DNA of 64,000 nt. Origin: a virus. The notes under the pieces were generated by a model. That model was not told where the DNA came from. It was given only the letters and a program-made list of their open reading frames with translations, and did not search any database. The position numbers and the translations under genes are program-made. Of this stretch, positions 1 through 11,117 are shown in pieces; within the stretch, counting starts at the first letter, position 1; every line of letters starts with the position of its first letter. The stretch lies in the IMG/VR virus record IMGVR_UViG_3300042261_002391, positions 1 to 64,000 of that record; one strand, written 5' to 3'.

Positions 1-243
1 ATGACAGATAAAAATCAATTAAATGCCAATGGTCAAAAGCATGACTATTGGGAAGTCTATTGGAGTAATGGTAATCTTTGTAATAGAGGAAATTACATCA
101 ATGGTAAACCTGATGGATATTGGGAAGGATATTATTCAAGCGGTAATCCCACATATAAAGGAAATTATAATAATGGTCAATGCAGTGGCTATTGGGAATA
201 TTATTCTAATGGCTGTCTCAATCATAAAGAATATATAATTTAA
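1..243 (+). CDS. Small MORN-variant repeat protein
   Basis: Repeated GNYxNGxxxGYWExYYSNG units. Confidence 0.7.
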   Translation: MTDKNQLNANGQKHDYWEVYWSNGNLCNRGNYINGKPDGYWEGYYSSGNPTYKGNYNNGQCSGYWEYYSNGCLNHKEYII

Positions 244-274
244 ACCCCACCAGTACCTACCAGTGATATCACTT

Positions 275-330
275 TAATATCGATATGATATGATGATAAT
301 ATCGATATGATATGATGATAATATTGATAT
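275..330. repeat. 22-nt tandem repeat (about 2.5 copies) TAATATCGATATGATATGATGA
   Basis: Exact copies at 275-296 and 297-318 plus a partial third, in the convergent intergenic region. Confidence 0.85.
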
Positions 331-595
331 AAATTTAATATAATAATAACCTGTACTTATGTGTACTATAAACGCAAATAAATGTAAATTTTTATACTTT
401 TTTACACATTAATAGGAGCGTTGATTATCAACTAATTACACGCTGGAATATTATGGTTTATATTTAATATAGGGAGAGTTTATTGATTATCGATAAAAAT
501 TATGAGGAAAACAATAAAAAAAAGAGAAAACGTATGCCCCGCACCCGCATTCTCTTTCCATAATATTTTTTTTAGAAAATCGATTTTATAAAAAA

Positions 596-1012
596 TTATA
601 AAACCTTAATTGATTCGATATTATTGCCAGCAATAACATGACTATCGAGATTACCATAATAGCCAGAGAAAGTATCGCCAGAGAAAGTTATCTTAGCTAT
701 TACCAGAGTATAGTTTTCAGATGCGCTCCCCAAAGTATTCATAAGGGATTGTGCATTTGATTTGTTTCTGAATGCTGAGGAAAACCCAGCGTATTCTTTA
801 TTGTAAAAAGCAGCACTTATTAATGAGTGAGAATCGAGAAGAAAGTTCCAATTGCTTAATCGTCTACAGTAAGCAGGTGGTTTAGGGACAGCACCTGTAT
901 TAAATGGTTGTCCGGTGAATGACGAGTATAGTTTACCAGATTCAATTTCTTGAGCCAATACTTTATAACCTGACTTACATTTGGACTTTTTATTGAAGTT
1001 AATATTGCACAT
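596..1012 (-). CDS. Hypothetical protein, paralogue of 1019..1453
   Basis: Shares MCxINFNKKSxxKSGYKV start and VIAGNNIESI end with its neighbour. Confidence 0.8.
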   Translation of the reverse strand: MCNINFNKKSKCKSGYKVLAQEIESGKLYSSFTGQPFNTGAVPKPPAYCRRLSNWNFLLDSHSLISAAFYNKEYAGFSSAFRNKSNAQSLMNTLGSASENYTLVIAKITFSGDTFSGYYGNLDSHVIAGNNIESIKVL

Positions 1013-1018
1013 ATGATT

Positions 1019-1453
1019 TTAATTTAAGATTTCGATTGATTCTATATTATTGCCAGCGATGACATTAAGATTTGATTGGAAAAACGAATATTGATATTCA
1101 CCAATAAATGTGTTTCCGGCGAACGTGAACTTAGCTATTTTTAATTTATATTGTTCTTTCTTATTAAGAATTTCAAATCTATTAAAGAGTAATTTAGCGT
1201 CTTTCATATTGATAAAGACTGAGGTATGCCCAACATATACATTTTTATAGAAAAAGCAATTTCGCAATAATTTGCTATGCAATTCGGAATTCCATTCGGT
1301 AATAGGTTTTGCTCTATCTGGTGGTGGTTCGACCATACCTTGTTTATACATTTGTCCTGTGAATATTGAATAGACGTTATTGTCACTATCGACAGCGACT
1401 ACTTTATAACCTGACTTACGGTTGGACTTTTTATTGAAGTTAATATCACACAT
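1019..1453 (-). CDS. Hypothetical protein, paralogue of 596..1012
   Basis: Same conserved termini; ECF-type promoter at 1491-1518. Confidence 0.8.
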   Translation of the reverse strand: MCDINFNKKSNRKSGYKVVAVDSDNNVYSIFTGQMYKQGMVEPPPDRAKPITEWNSELHSKLLRNCFFYKNVYVGHTSVFINMKDAKLLFNRFEILNKKEQYKLKIAKFTFAGNTFIGEYQYSFFQSNLNVIAGNNIESIEILN

Positions 1454-1765
1454 AGATAATATTTTAGATTAATATTAATACTTTATAACTTATACGTTTA
1501 TTAATTATAAATGTTACAAAATGCTCGTACATTATGAGTATGGACATTAGTTATTATATTAGCTATCCGGACATTAACTTGGACATTCTAGTTAATATGT
1601 TAATCGTTATTTTTAATCTAACATAATATCATCTCTCGTACAATAGGTGTTGTACATTCTCCCGGACATTCTCGTGGACATTTAGTGTCGGACAATCTTA
1701 AATAAAAAATGCCCCACGATAATATCGCAGGACATTTCAAAAAAAAAATATATGAACAACAGAAA

Positions 1766-2119
1766 TTAGCTTACGATGGTAATGAACCATTGTATAAAGA
1801 GTCCGACCAATAAAACGACCCAAGGTGAGATATAGGTAGCAATCATTTGTGATTTTTTACCGTCATCTGTAACGAATTCAGGTTTGAATGTAGGTTGTGG
1901 ATGGAAGACCTGATTCTTAAACAAGTCGATGACAAACATCAGACCCACGGCTTTCCAGTAGCCTAATTCAGGTACGGTTGGGAATACTGGAATTAAGAAC
2001 CAGTCCCAGAAGCACCATAATACAACACCCCACGATAATGAAGAGTATAATAACCCCAGAGCAAATAAAACGGCGAAAATTAAAACGCCAACAAGAACGG
2101 CAATAATTAATGTGAACAT
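1766..2119 (-). CDS. Small membrane protein
   Basis: Several hydrophobic segments. Confidence 0.7.
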   Translation of the reverse strand: MFTLIIAVLVGVLIFAVLFALGLLYSSLSWGVVLWCFWDWFLIPVFPTVPELGYWKAVGLMFVIDLFKNQVFHPQPTFKPEFVTDDGKKSQMIATYISPWVVLLVGLFIQWFITIVS

Positions 2120-2217
2120 AACGATTTTTAATTAAGATTAATGAATAAGTTTTAAATTAAAAGTATCGACAACTAGTAAGGGCATTTTTTAAATAAGAAC
2201 TTACGAGGGTGATTTGC

Positions 2218-2670
2218 TTACGATTTGAAAGTTGGGGATTGCTCGTCGTAGATTGAGTCATTCCAATTAGGGGGTTGTTTATCAAACTTGTTTCGGTAAG
2301 CTTGGTCGATATCATTGATAGTCCTGAAGCAACGGTTTTTAATAAGGTTGTAAGGACGATGGATTGACTCGTAATGGTCAAGCCAGAGTTTTTTAGCTAA
2401 TGCCGGAGAGTGGGGGTACTTATTAACGTACATTCTCTCAAGTTCGTAATTAACTTTAAAGCACGGGATGGACAATCTTCCGACGTAATCTAAGATTTTG
2501 AAGGTAGCTTCAAAGAGTTCTTCGTGTAATTTGTCGTTGATTGTTTCATTAACAATAACTGCAACGAGTCTAAGTTTTAAGGCATTGAGACTATCTTCTG
2601 CAGTTTTTAATTCTTCCTGATGATTTGGCAAACCGAAATCATGGACAATGAATTGAGGTATATCTTCCAT
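2218..2670 (-). CDS. Hypothetical protein
   Basis: 150-aa ORF in the gene-dense minus-strand run. Confidence 0.65.
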   Translation of the reverse strand: MEDIPQFIVHDFGLPNHQEELKTAEDSLNALKLRLVAVIVNETINDKLHEELFEATFKILDYVGRLSIPCFKVNYELERMYVNKYPHSPALAKKLWLDHYESIHRPYNLIKNRCFRTINDIDQAYRNKFDKQPPNWNDSIYDEQSPTFKS

Positions 2671-2721
2671 AGTAATGAATATTTGGGAGCTAAGGTAAGT
2701 AAACTTATCCGAAGTACCAAA

Positions 2722-2973
2722 TTAATCTTCTGAATTATTTTTTAAAGCATCCCGGAGACTATCGACATATTCTTTACTTTCTCTCAATCCCCATCCCGTA
2801 CATTCTTTCACCCATTTAACTGCCTGAAGAATTTGTCCGTTTTTGATTAAAGCTATTGCTTTCTCACGTATATTATCTTTATTGAGACTAAACTCAATGG
2901 CTGTTTGGATTTCCATTAAGTCAGTATATGACATCGTGGGAATCTTTTCTAAAATAACATCTTTGAATTCCAT
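2722..2973 (-). CDS. Ribosomal protein L7/L12 C-terminal-like domain protein
   Basis: ILQAVKWVKECTGWGLRESKEYVD resembles the bL12 CTD motif KIxAIKxVRExTGxGLKEAKxxVD. Confidence 0.65.
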   Translation of the reverse strand: MEFKDVILEKIPTMSYTDLMEIQTAIEFSLNKDNIREKAIALIKNGQILQAVKWVKECTGWGLRESKEYVDSLRDALKNNSED

Positions 2974-3540
2974 ATTTGTTTTTAATTAAAAGTAATTACA
3001 ATATACTTCTGGGTCACCATGTTCTTTAAGGTAATCTTGTACAATCTTCACAAGACCATCAGAGTTAGGTATCCCGGTACGATTGATTTCGAACCCGAAC
3101 AATCTTGAATGGTCTAGAACCAGACCTTCACCTTCAGGAGTTTCATCTTCCATTTCATTATCGAATAATTGAAGGAAAACACCAAGCATATGGTCATAAC
3201 CTTCAACAATCGTTAATCGATTATCTTTATATGTAGTTATCCTGCTCATTACTTATTCAATATTAAACCGCCAAAAATTGAAATAATAACATATATGCCG
3301 TAGACAACAACTGAGAGTATTATTAATCGAATTATGTTATATATTCCAACAAAAGCTAGAGCAGCACAATTTTCCCAAGTGAATTCTGAGGTTAATTCAC
3401 GGCGCAATCTCTCTTTATCTTTACCAATGCCACTAATGCCAAGCTTAACAACAATCCATCCAATTAAGACCAGAACTGAGATTATAAATACTATAGCTAA
3501 AGTACCTACAATAAAATCAATAAATGTTTCCATAATGTTT

Positions 3541-3996
3541 TTAATTAAAATCGTATACGGTTACATCAACAGTAATTGTCTCATCAATGATTTTCTCAAT
3601 AGTATCCCAATCACCTCCGGCAAGACCTGCGCCAAAGCGTGGACAATGGATTGTAGCGTTATTGGCGACAGCATGTTCATTCACTTTCATCAGACATTCT
3701 CTCACTGCATCATACCTGATTGGAGGTATACCATTCTCATACCAAGTCTGGTGTTGACCAATCATATTGGCGACTACGATATCGTCTTCAACATCGACGA
3801 ACTGTACATTGCCGAGCACCATGTCATCCTTGGACATTGCACGGTATGCTTTCTCCGGAGCGTCCCAGCGACGACTTAAGGCAATCACGAAGCCTAATCC
3901 CCAACCACCCAAATCATTACAGCAGTGAGCTATTATTTTATTCCCATTACCTATTGGTTTGGTTGCGTCTCCCTTAATGTAATTTATTTTCTTCAT
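3541..3996 (-). CDS. Macrodomain protein (Poa1/TARG1/DarG-like ADP-ribose glycohydrolase)
   Basis: YIKGDAT, IAHCCNDLGGWGxGF and PRFGAGLAGGDW motifs; probable start MKKINY at 3996. Confidence 0.85.
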   Translation of the reverse strand: MKKINYIKGDATKPIGNGNKIIAHCCNDLGGWGLGFVIALSRRWDAPEKAYRAMSKDDMVLGNVQFVDVEDDIVVANMIGQHQTWYENGIPPIRYDAVRECLMKVNEHAVANNATIHCPRFGAGLAGGDWDTIEKIIDETITVDVTVYDFN

Positions 3997-4438
3997 AGTA
4001 TAATGATTATGATTATCGATATAATAATTGGGATTAACCAATAGAACAACATGAACTTATTGAAATCGTTTACAGTATTAAATTGCTTGACCACATATTT
4101 GATAAAGAAGTTGCCTTCCCAAGCAATAGTTAATAAAAATGCGAGTAAGCCTAGCATTAAATAAACCAGTGTTACAATAAACAATGCATTCATGGCGCAA
4201 ACTTACTGTTTTAAAATGTCAACTCCAAAATCTCTGCGAACATTTTCGCAAGAATTTAAGTATTCCACAACTGCAGCACTCATTGCATCGCCTTGTTTCT
4301 TCTTGAGATTAGAGACAAGTACAATGGTTTCAATTTCTTTGCCGTTCTCATCCATGTCAACACGAACGACTGGTGTTGGTGAATATTTTCTACCCTTGGT
4401 AGATATTCTGTAATGCGGGTATTGTTTTTCCATAGTTT

Positions 4439-4939
4439 TTAATTAAAAACCTTATCAGGATTAAATTGGTCAATCATTGCAATGTGATTTTTTTCAACCA
4501 TTTCCACATTCTCAGTCATTCCAGTTTTAAGTACAGCAACGAGATATAGATATAAATCATTTTTAACTCCGGAGGTTTGCATTGAATTGTAAAAATTGAT
4601 AGCTTTTTGATATTCTTTATTACTTAATAATGTGACGACGTAGTTAAAGTTTTTATAGGCACGATACAAAATGATTTTCTTTTTATATATCAACAAATCC
4701 TGACCATTAGTCTGGGCAAAAATGCCAAAAACCACCCCAGCAAAAATAAGAATCAATATAAACGCCATTATGCAAGGCATTATTGTAATTCTTGATTTAA
4801 ATGTTTTAAGGGATTCAACAGTAATAATCATTAGCATCATTGCAAAAAAACTCACAATCCCAATGATTGTTAATGTGTAGTAAAGTTTGGTAAATAATTT
4901 TGTCTTGCGACGTTTTTCTCTTTTTAATATTGCTTCCAT
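4439..4939 (-). CDS. Membrane protein with two TM helices
   Basis: Two N-terminal hydrophobic helices. Confidence 0.6.
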   Translation of the reverse strand: MEAILKREKRRKTKLFTKLYYTLTIIGIVSFFAMMLMIITVESLKTFKSRITIMPCIMAFILILIFAGVVFGIFAQTNGQDLLIYKKKIILYRAYKNFNYVVTLLSNKEYQKAINFYNSMQTSGVKNDLYLYLVAVLKTGMTENVEMVEKNHIAMIDQFNPDKVFN

Positions 4940-5757
4940 AGTCTTAAAGTATTGGTTTAATTATTTGATTTCAACTTCTTGATTTTCAAATCTTTTAGGT
5001 TCATCTTGATGAATGACTTCAAGACCAAATGACTTAAGTTGTTCTTTGAGTCTATGCCATTTACCACGCATGGCGTATAGGTCGTTATATTTTATGATTT
5101 CATATGCTGCGTCATAATCATATGTGCCGAGGAATTTCCCATCTTCATTATAGGATAATAATTTGATTTCTGTGAGATATATGTTCTCAACTGGCTCAGG
5201 ATTTCTAACCCAGAATGTTGGGGTTGGTGTTTCGATTTTGGTTTCGATTTTACAGCTTTTAAGCCACAATAAACGTCCATCATGAGCCATCATCATCCAA
5301 CCGACACTACCTTCTAATTCTCGTTTTTTTTCTATACTTATCCTTCTCATCTTGTTTTAATTAAAAAGTTTACCTTGAATAAAAGTAGCTTCACTCGCAA
5401 CTGCTTCTTCGATTATACGAATGTATTGGATTCTGGTTTCAACAGGAAGATTGTCGATATAATATCTAGTTAAACCTTTAGCATAGATATCAACGCCATT
5501 GAGTTTCAATATAACCACATTAGGACGCATAACTGATAGTTTTAATAGTCTTTCGCTTATTTCATTTTCGAGACGTTTAACTTCATTCTGTGCCTCATTA
5601 TATTCTCGTAGATAATCACTGCTTGTTTTCATATTACTTGTACATTACAATACTTATACGTTTGTACATCCGGATTTGTTACAATTAAAGTAACACTTAA
5701 AATAAACCCTCAAACCAACTAAGGTTCAAGGGTTTATAAAAATAATGGCAATATTAA

Positions 5758-6360
5758 TTATTCAGAGGCAATATCGTCATCATGTATTAAGTATTTAATT
5801 GCTATTTGTAATAAATTTACATCATCATTAAAATGACCTAAACCTCTATTACATTTATCACATAACAATCCTCTCACAATATTTGTTTCGTGGCAGTGGT
5901 CAACAACCAATTTTTTATCTAATTCATCTTGGTGTGTGCCACATATTTTACAACAACCCTTTTGTTCGTCGAACAATTTATTATATTGGTCAAGAGTAAT
6001 GCCATAATTTTTCACATATTTTCGATTTCGTATAGAATCTTTATTATTAATTCGATAGCTTTTATACACTTCTTTTCTAATTTCAGATGCATTTGATGGG
6101 TAATTTTTTATTGCATCTTTATTTAAAGCTGCATATTGTTTCTGATATAAAGATATTTCATCAGCGTGTGTTTTTTTGTAATCAATATGTTGCTGCTTGA
6201 TTTTCTCTTTATTCTTTTTATCGTATTCAATTCGTTTCTCTCTAATTCTATCACAATTATCAATACGATATTGCTTTAATTTTTCTTTATTAGCTAACCG
6301 ATATTTTTTTTGATACTCTTTTTTTTCATCGTTTGTTTTCATAGTCAAAATTTTCCTCAT
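5758..6360 (-). CDS. Endonuclease VII-like HNH homing endonuclease
   Basis: YGIT..Y..L...Q.GCCKIC...VVDHCHET..VRGLLCDKCNRGLG; free-standing after rIIB; GTATTTAT motif at 6371-6378. Confidence 0.9.
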   Translation of the reverse strand: MRKILTMKTNDEKKEYQKKYRLANKEKLKQYRIDNCDRIREKRIEYDKKNKEKIKQQHIDYKKTHADEISLYQKQYAALNKDAIKNYPSNASEIRKEVYKSYRINNKDSIRNRKYVKNYGITLDQYNKLFDEQKGCCKICGTHQDELDKKLVVDHCHETNIVRGLLCDKCNRGLGHFNDDVNLLQIAIKYLIHDDDIASE

Positions 6361-6413
6361 ATTATTTAATATAAATACGAGGAAAATTTTAAAAAGGTGA
6401 TTATTAAATTATG

Positions 6414-7649
6414 TTATGAAACATCAAATATTCTTGTTTCTACAATCTTTAATAATTCGGACATTGGACGTGATTCTTTTTCAGCTTTAATTGCTTGTTG
6501 AATAGGTAGTTCATTTGCTCTAACTTTAGCAACCATTTCTTCAAGTTCTTTCTGTTCAAAGGTAGCGTAATCATCTTCAAAGTACTTGCTTTCAATGATT
6601 TCAATCTTACTATTAATAAAATTAGCTACTCCATATGGAAAGTATTCACACACACGCATTTTTGAATGGTCATATTTCGGAACAGCTACTACGTTTGCAG
6701 GATTAACCAAACACGCAAGAATAACTGAACCTCTGTTAGCATAGTTTTCAACATAACGAGTTCCACCAACGTGCAATCCATATGAACATTCTATTTCGGG
6801 GTCACCATCACATTCGCTACGAGGTTTTTGACAAGGCACGCCAAGTTCAATGGTCATTGTTTTGCTGTGCATATCGGTGTACTGAACTTTGATTGGAGTT
6901 TGTTCCTCATCAGCCTTTTTGTTATCGGCAGTAACCAATGCTGCATACAGGTCACCAAGTTTGCCTAAGATTTCAACGCCTTTTTCTTTTTCGTTCCATG
7001 TTTCGGCAGTAGTGGCTTTAGTGATTTCAAGCTTACCTTCGGTTGTTTTGTAAACCACATATTTGTTCGGAGAACATTTCCATTGTGATTTAACATACAG
7101 GTATTTGGTACTGACAAATTCGATGAATGTTTCAGCAAGTTTGACCTCCGGTTTAACTTCTTCTTTGGTATAATCAGATTTCCGGTAAACTGCTTTGTAC
7201 ACCAACATATAACCTTTGTCGGTCAGAACGAAATCGTGTTTCGAAATGAAATCGAACAGTGAGGTACGTACACGAGTGTCGGGATTAATCATCAACAGCT
7301 TCCAGAAGTTCAAGATTGGTTTCAATGGGAATCCATTTTCATGGTATTCTTTGATGATGTCAACCAATGCTTTTGGAACAGGAGTATTGAATCCTGCGAG
7401 ATATACTTCTCCGTTTTCGATATCGGCTTCAAGTTCCTTCAAGCCAACCATGTAGAGAGTGCGGGTTTTTTCGTTAACCAATACACGCAAATGCTTTAAA
7501 GCATCGTCGGTAGGATTTTCTTTGGTTTTCAGCACTTCCCTGAAAATTTCGTTTGCTTCGGTATCGGTTGAACAAACCTTTTTGTACAGCTTACCATCAA
7601 TTGAAATGTTAAGGGTTTTGCCTACTTTAATTACGTTAATCTTTTTCAT
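6414..7649 (-). CDS. rIIB: RIIB-like protein
   Basis: FWKLLMINP, LTDKGYMLVYKAV, CSYGLHVG and VNPANVVAVP..D..KMRVCEY motifs; directly follows rIIA. Confidence 0.85.
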   Translation of the reverse strand: MKKINVIKVGKTLNISIDGKLYKKVCSTDTEANEIFREVLKTKENPTDDALKHLRVLVNEKTRTLYMVGLKELEADIENGEVYLAGFNTPVPKALVDIIKEYHENGFPLKPILNFWKLLMINPDTRVRTSLFDFISKHDFVLTDKGYMLVYKAVYRKSDYTKEEVKPEVKLAETFIEFVSTKYLYVKSQWKCSPNKYVVYKTTEGKLEITKATTAETWNEKEKGVEILGKLGDLYAALVTADNKKADEEQTPIKVQYTDMHSKTMTIELGVPCQKPRSECDGDPEIECSYGLHVGGTRYVENYANRGSVILACLVNPANVVAVPKYDHSKMRVCEYFPYGVANFINSKIEIIESKYFEDDYATFEQKELEEMVAKVRANELPIQQAIKAEKESRPMSELLKIVETRIFDVS

Positions 7650-7715
7650 ACTCTGAATAATTTATTTGTACTAACTTATACGTTTTAAATTTAAATAGGT
7701 TACAAAGTTATGGCG

Positions 7716-10061
7716 TTAAAACACCATAACTTTTTTAAGTATCTTAAGAAGTCCATTATCTGAAAATCTTGAATATCTGTCGTAATAAATGTATTTGAGT
7801 ACATCACTATTGACTCGTTCTAAGAATTTAATATCTTCGATTTTAGCCAAAATCTCATTGTGAACCTTATCCACCTTAACTGAACTAATATCAAAGTAGG
7901 TTGATATTGCACTACGATTGCTGTATACATCAACTTTGCTGTCATTTGGCAATGAGTTCATATAATTATCAATATCAATAATCACATTACCCCAAGTTTC
8001 GTTCAGTTTAACAAAATTCCTATCACGATAGAAGTCTGATATGCTGTAATACTTATCGCTAAATAATTCGATTTTAGCTGATTTTTCAATAACATCGAAT
8101 TTCCTGTAAGCCATTCGATGTTTAAATTCAGACACATGGTAAGCATTTTTGCAGTACTTCATGTATTTGAGATTTCCGACGGCTATTTGGATGAACATTA
8201 CACCACCTTTAGGTTGATTTTTTGCTCCGTGTGAACAATCATAATGGGAGAAATAATTATGATACTCGTTGTAGCCAGTAATCAACATTTTCCTGTTGAA
8301 CAATTGGGAGAAATAGTTATACGCCCTTCCTAATAAATGTTTATCGTCCTGTGTACCATAGAAAATAGTTGCATTGGTTTTAAATAAATCCTGTAACAAT
8401 ACACGTTCTCTCGTGCCACCGTTGAATGAAGCAGGAATTGTTTTTTTCTTCATATCTTCGGTAAGCATTGAACCTCTTTTTCTCGAAAGGATAAATTCTT
8501 CCGGCACTTCCAATGTATCATAATTTTCTAAGTTCTCACGAACAATATCGAAATATTCATTTTGCATTTCAATCAATGATTCAATAAACGGATTCAATCT
8601 TTCACAAGTTCCATCATCGTTCTTAATCATCACACTATCCAAGTGTACATTGAACATATCGCAAATTTGAGAAAGCCTGAATGTATATGCAAGGTTGGTT
8701 GGTGAAACAATATGGAACACACCATTTCTTGTTAATGATTTCAGGTAAGCGAATTTCAAAATCTTACGTTGAAACTCTGAACCTTCTTCAAGATAAACTA
8801 CATTCCTTTTAGTACGGATTTCTTTATAGCTACCTTCGAATGAAGTATTATCGCTACTCCAACGTCTTTTATTTTTCGGTTCGCCATAAGACTGTACATT
8901 GAAAAACAGACTGAACAACTGTTTATCATTCGGCATCTTCATAAAACTATACTTGAAATTGGACAAATCAATTTCTGATTGTTTAATCAGATTACCAACA
9001 TAAATTGTTCTACCATTGCTGAATTCCAATTTACCGTAATCGTTTTTCAGTTCAAAGTACTGTTTAAGGCTCACAACATTTTCATATTGTTTGACCAGCA
9101 TTTCTTTGATTTCAGCTTTTGCCATGTCAAGCTTTTTAATTAACATAGCTATTGTTGTTTTACTGTAATCCAAGCTTTCACGTGATGCAGTTACATTAAC
9201 ATCCCCTATTTCAAGTTTTAATGCAATTGGTAGTTGATAATCATTTGAATATAAGCCAAGTGTGGAAAAATCAATTGGGTATGCTACTTTGCCTAAGCAA
9301 ACGTGAGCGTAATCATGATAATCATTGCCTCTGAATAGGAAGTTTTTGGCACGTACAATCTGATATTCGTTTACGAGAATATCTGAATAACGTTTGATGG
9401 ATTCAAATTCCTCAAAGCCTTCAAAAATGACATTCTCGAAGTAGTATAACTGGCGCACACATTCTTTGGCGAAGTTCGGTAAATCTGACAATAAGATTGG
9501 TACTCGTACTTCTGTACCATTGCGTTCTGTTGTTGGTTCTTCGTGCAATAGGCTGATGATTGGTGCGTCCTGACCTTCGTACATCATATAATAGTAACGT
9601 GTACCGTTATAGTTGGTAATGACGTAAAAGCTATTATCGTATTCATGGTCACCTGTACCTGTTGAACGTTTGTAAGCTAATGGGGTTTTACCACCGATAC
9701 CAAAGCCACCGATTTGTGTATTGTCAACACGTTTGGTTGATTCGAAGTAAACGCCATAGATATTTTCAACTCTGTCAGGTGACATACCTACACCGCTATC
9801 AATAAATGATATGTAATGCATTTCGCTCTCCGGTTCAAAACCTTTACGGACTATTACCGGAAAGTTCACTCCCGCTTCAACGTGACTATCAAAGCAATTG
9901 GATGTGATTTCACGCACGACTGTACCAATAGGATTGGAATATACGTTTTTGGTGAATAACTGAAACACCATTGAAGATGCGTGTTCTGATAACCGCATTT
10001 TCTTTTGTGCTGTTGTTGATTCGATTTCTTGCTTGCCTAACAGATGTAAATTGATTTCCAT
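7716..10061 (-). CDS. rIIA: RIIA-like protein with N-terminal GHKL/HSP90-type ATPase domain
   Basis: YSNPIGTVVREITSNCFDSH, DSGVGMS, STK, IGGFGIGGKTPLAY and NGTEV motifs. Confidence 0.9.
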   Translation of the reverse strand: MEINLHLLGKQEIESTTAQKKMRLSEHASSMVFQLFTKNVYSNPIGTVVREITSNCFDSHVEAGVNFPVIVRKGFEPESEMHYISFIDSGVGMSPDRVENIYGVYFESTKRVDNTQIGGFGIGGKTPLAYKRSTGTGDHEYDNSFYVITNYNGTRYYYMMYEGQDAPIISLLHEEPTTERNGTEVRVPILLSDLPNFAKECVRQLYYFENVIFEGFEEFESIKRYSDILVNEYQIVRAKNFLFRGNDYHDYAHVCLGKVAYPIDFSTLGLYSNDYQLPIALKLEIGDVNVTASRESLDYSKTTIAMLIKKLDMAKAEIKEMLVKQYENVVSLKQYFELKNDYGKLEFSNGRTIYVGNLIKQSEIDLSNFKYSFMKMPNDKQLFSLFFNVQSYGEPKNKRRWSSDNTSFEGSYKEIRTKRNVVYLEEGSEFQRKILKFAYLKSLTRNGVFHIVSPTNLAYTFRLSQICDMFNVHLDSVMIKNDDGTCERLNPFIESLIEMQNEYFDIVRENLENYDTLEVPEEFILSRKRGSMLTEDMKKKTIPASFNGGTRERVLLQDLFKTNATIFYGTQDDKHLLGRAYNYFSQLFNRKMLITGYNEYHNYFSHYDCSHGAKNQPKGGVMFIQIAVGNLKYMKYCKNAYHVSEFKHRMAYRKFDVIEKSAKIELFSDKYYSISDFYRDRNFVKLNETWGNVIIDIDNYMNSLPNDSKVDVYSNRSAISTYFDISSVKVDKVHNEILAKIEDIKFLERVNSDVLKYIYYDRYSRFSDNGLLKILKKVMVF

Positions 10062-10268
10062 AATTAAACTGATTAATGGTTAATAAATTTGTTGCTCGTG
10101 TACTTCTTATACGTTGCGAAGATATAAAAGGTTACAAAATAATCAAACAAATTTTAAATAAAGAAGATTCAGTTTCAATACATCAACCATTCTTAAATAA
10201 AAACTAATCGACTTTCGAATTTAAACACTTGTGTCTATAACGATAATTATATTAAATTATGAGAATAT

Positions 10269-10310
10269 AAGGTAGGTGTGGATTATAACCACCACCCTCG
10301 AAAGACCTCG
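10269..10310 (-). ncRNA. Putative small RNA, divergent copy of the 18.5/25.9 kb element
   Basis: Directly after promoter 10323-10350, no ORF; shares TAATCCACACCTRCCTTATATT. Confidence 0.4.
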
Positions 10311-11117
10311 GCATATAGTTCTTATACGTTTCTTAAATAAAAAGGTTACAGAATTTGTAACCTATTTAGATTTTTTATTTTTAATGATATAGAAATTGTA
10401 ACCCCAAGTATTACCGGACTCACCAGCTTTTTTAATTAAAAACCTATTTGAGCTATACCAACCATTGAAATTATCTTTGGGATAGGATTCAATAGATTCT
10501 ACATGGGTTTTAATTTCATCCCAATTAACATCAATCCAATCACCATATCTTTTGATAAGTGCATCCATGTCGTCGAAGCTTTGGCTAAACCCACTATTGT
10601 TAATATCTTTAACAAAGGTATAACTAAACAAATCGATTTTTTCAACAGCATCGCTCACGAATATTAAAACCCATTCATCAACAACATCTAATTTAGCAGT
10701 AATGTTGGGGAATGTTTTTAATAGCTTCTCAACTAATTGCTGTCCTTCAAGTATGTCAATGCTTGAAGCTTTTTCGTTTACAACTGAACCATTTTCTCTT
10801 GTCGAAAATTCTAATGCTTCATCATTGTCCTCACAGTTTTCACAGTCAAAATATGAGTTTAGATTAACGAAATTAATGATGTTGTTGCGTTCCATAGTGC
10901 TTGTATTGTTGGTTATAGTTTTTATACGTTCTTAATTTAAAAAGGTTACAGGATTGTGATATTTCGGCGATATTAAACGTACATTGCCAGTATTGTGATA
11001 CTTGTACATTGCATAAAATAAAAAAGCCGATGGGTAACCACTCCCATCGGCACATAACCAATAATAAACACAAACAACATCTACAAATTGGGTTCATAGG
11101 AAGAACCCGAAGTATTT

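Noticed and set aside
3334-3879. 181-aa plus-strand ORF and the other antisense ORFs in the track
   Set aside because: Shadows of well-supported opposite-strand genes, with no promoters or motifs.
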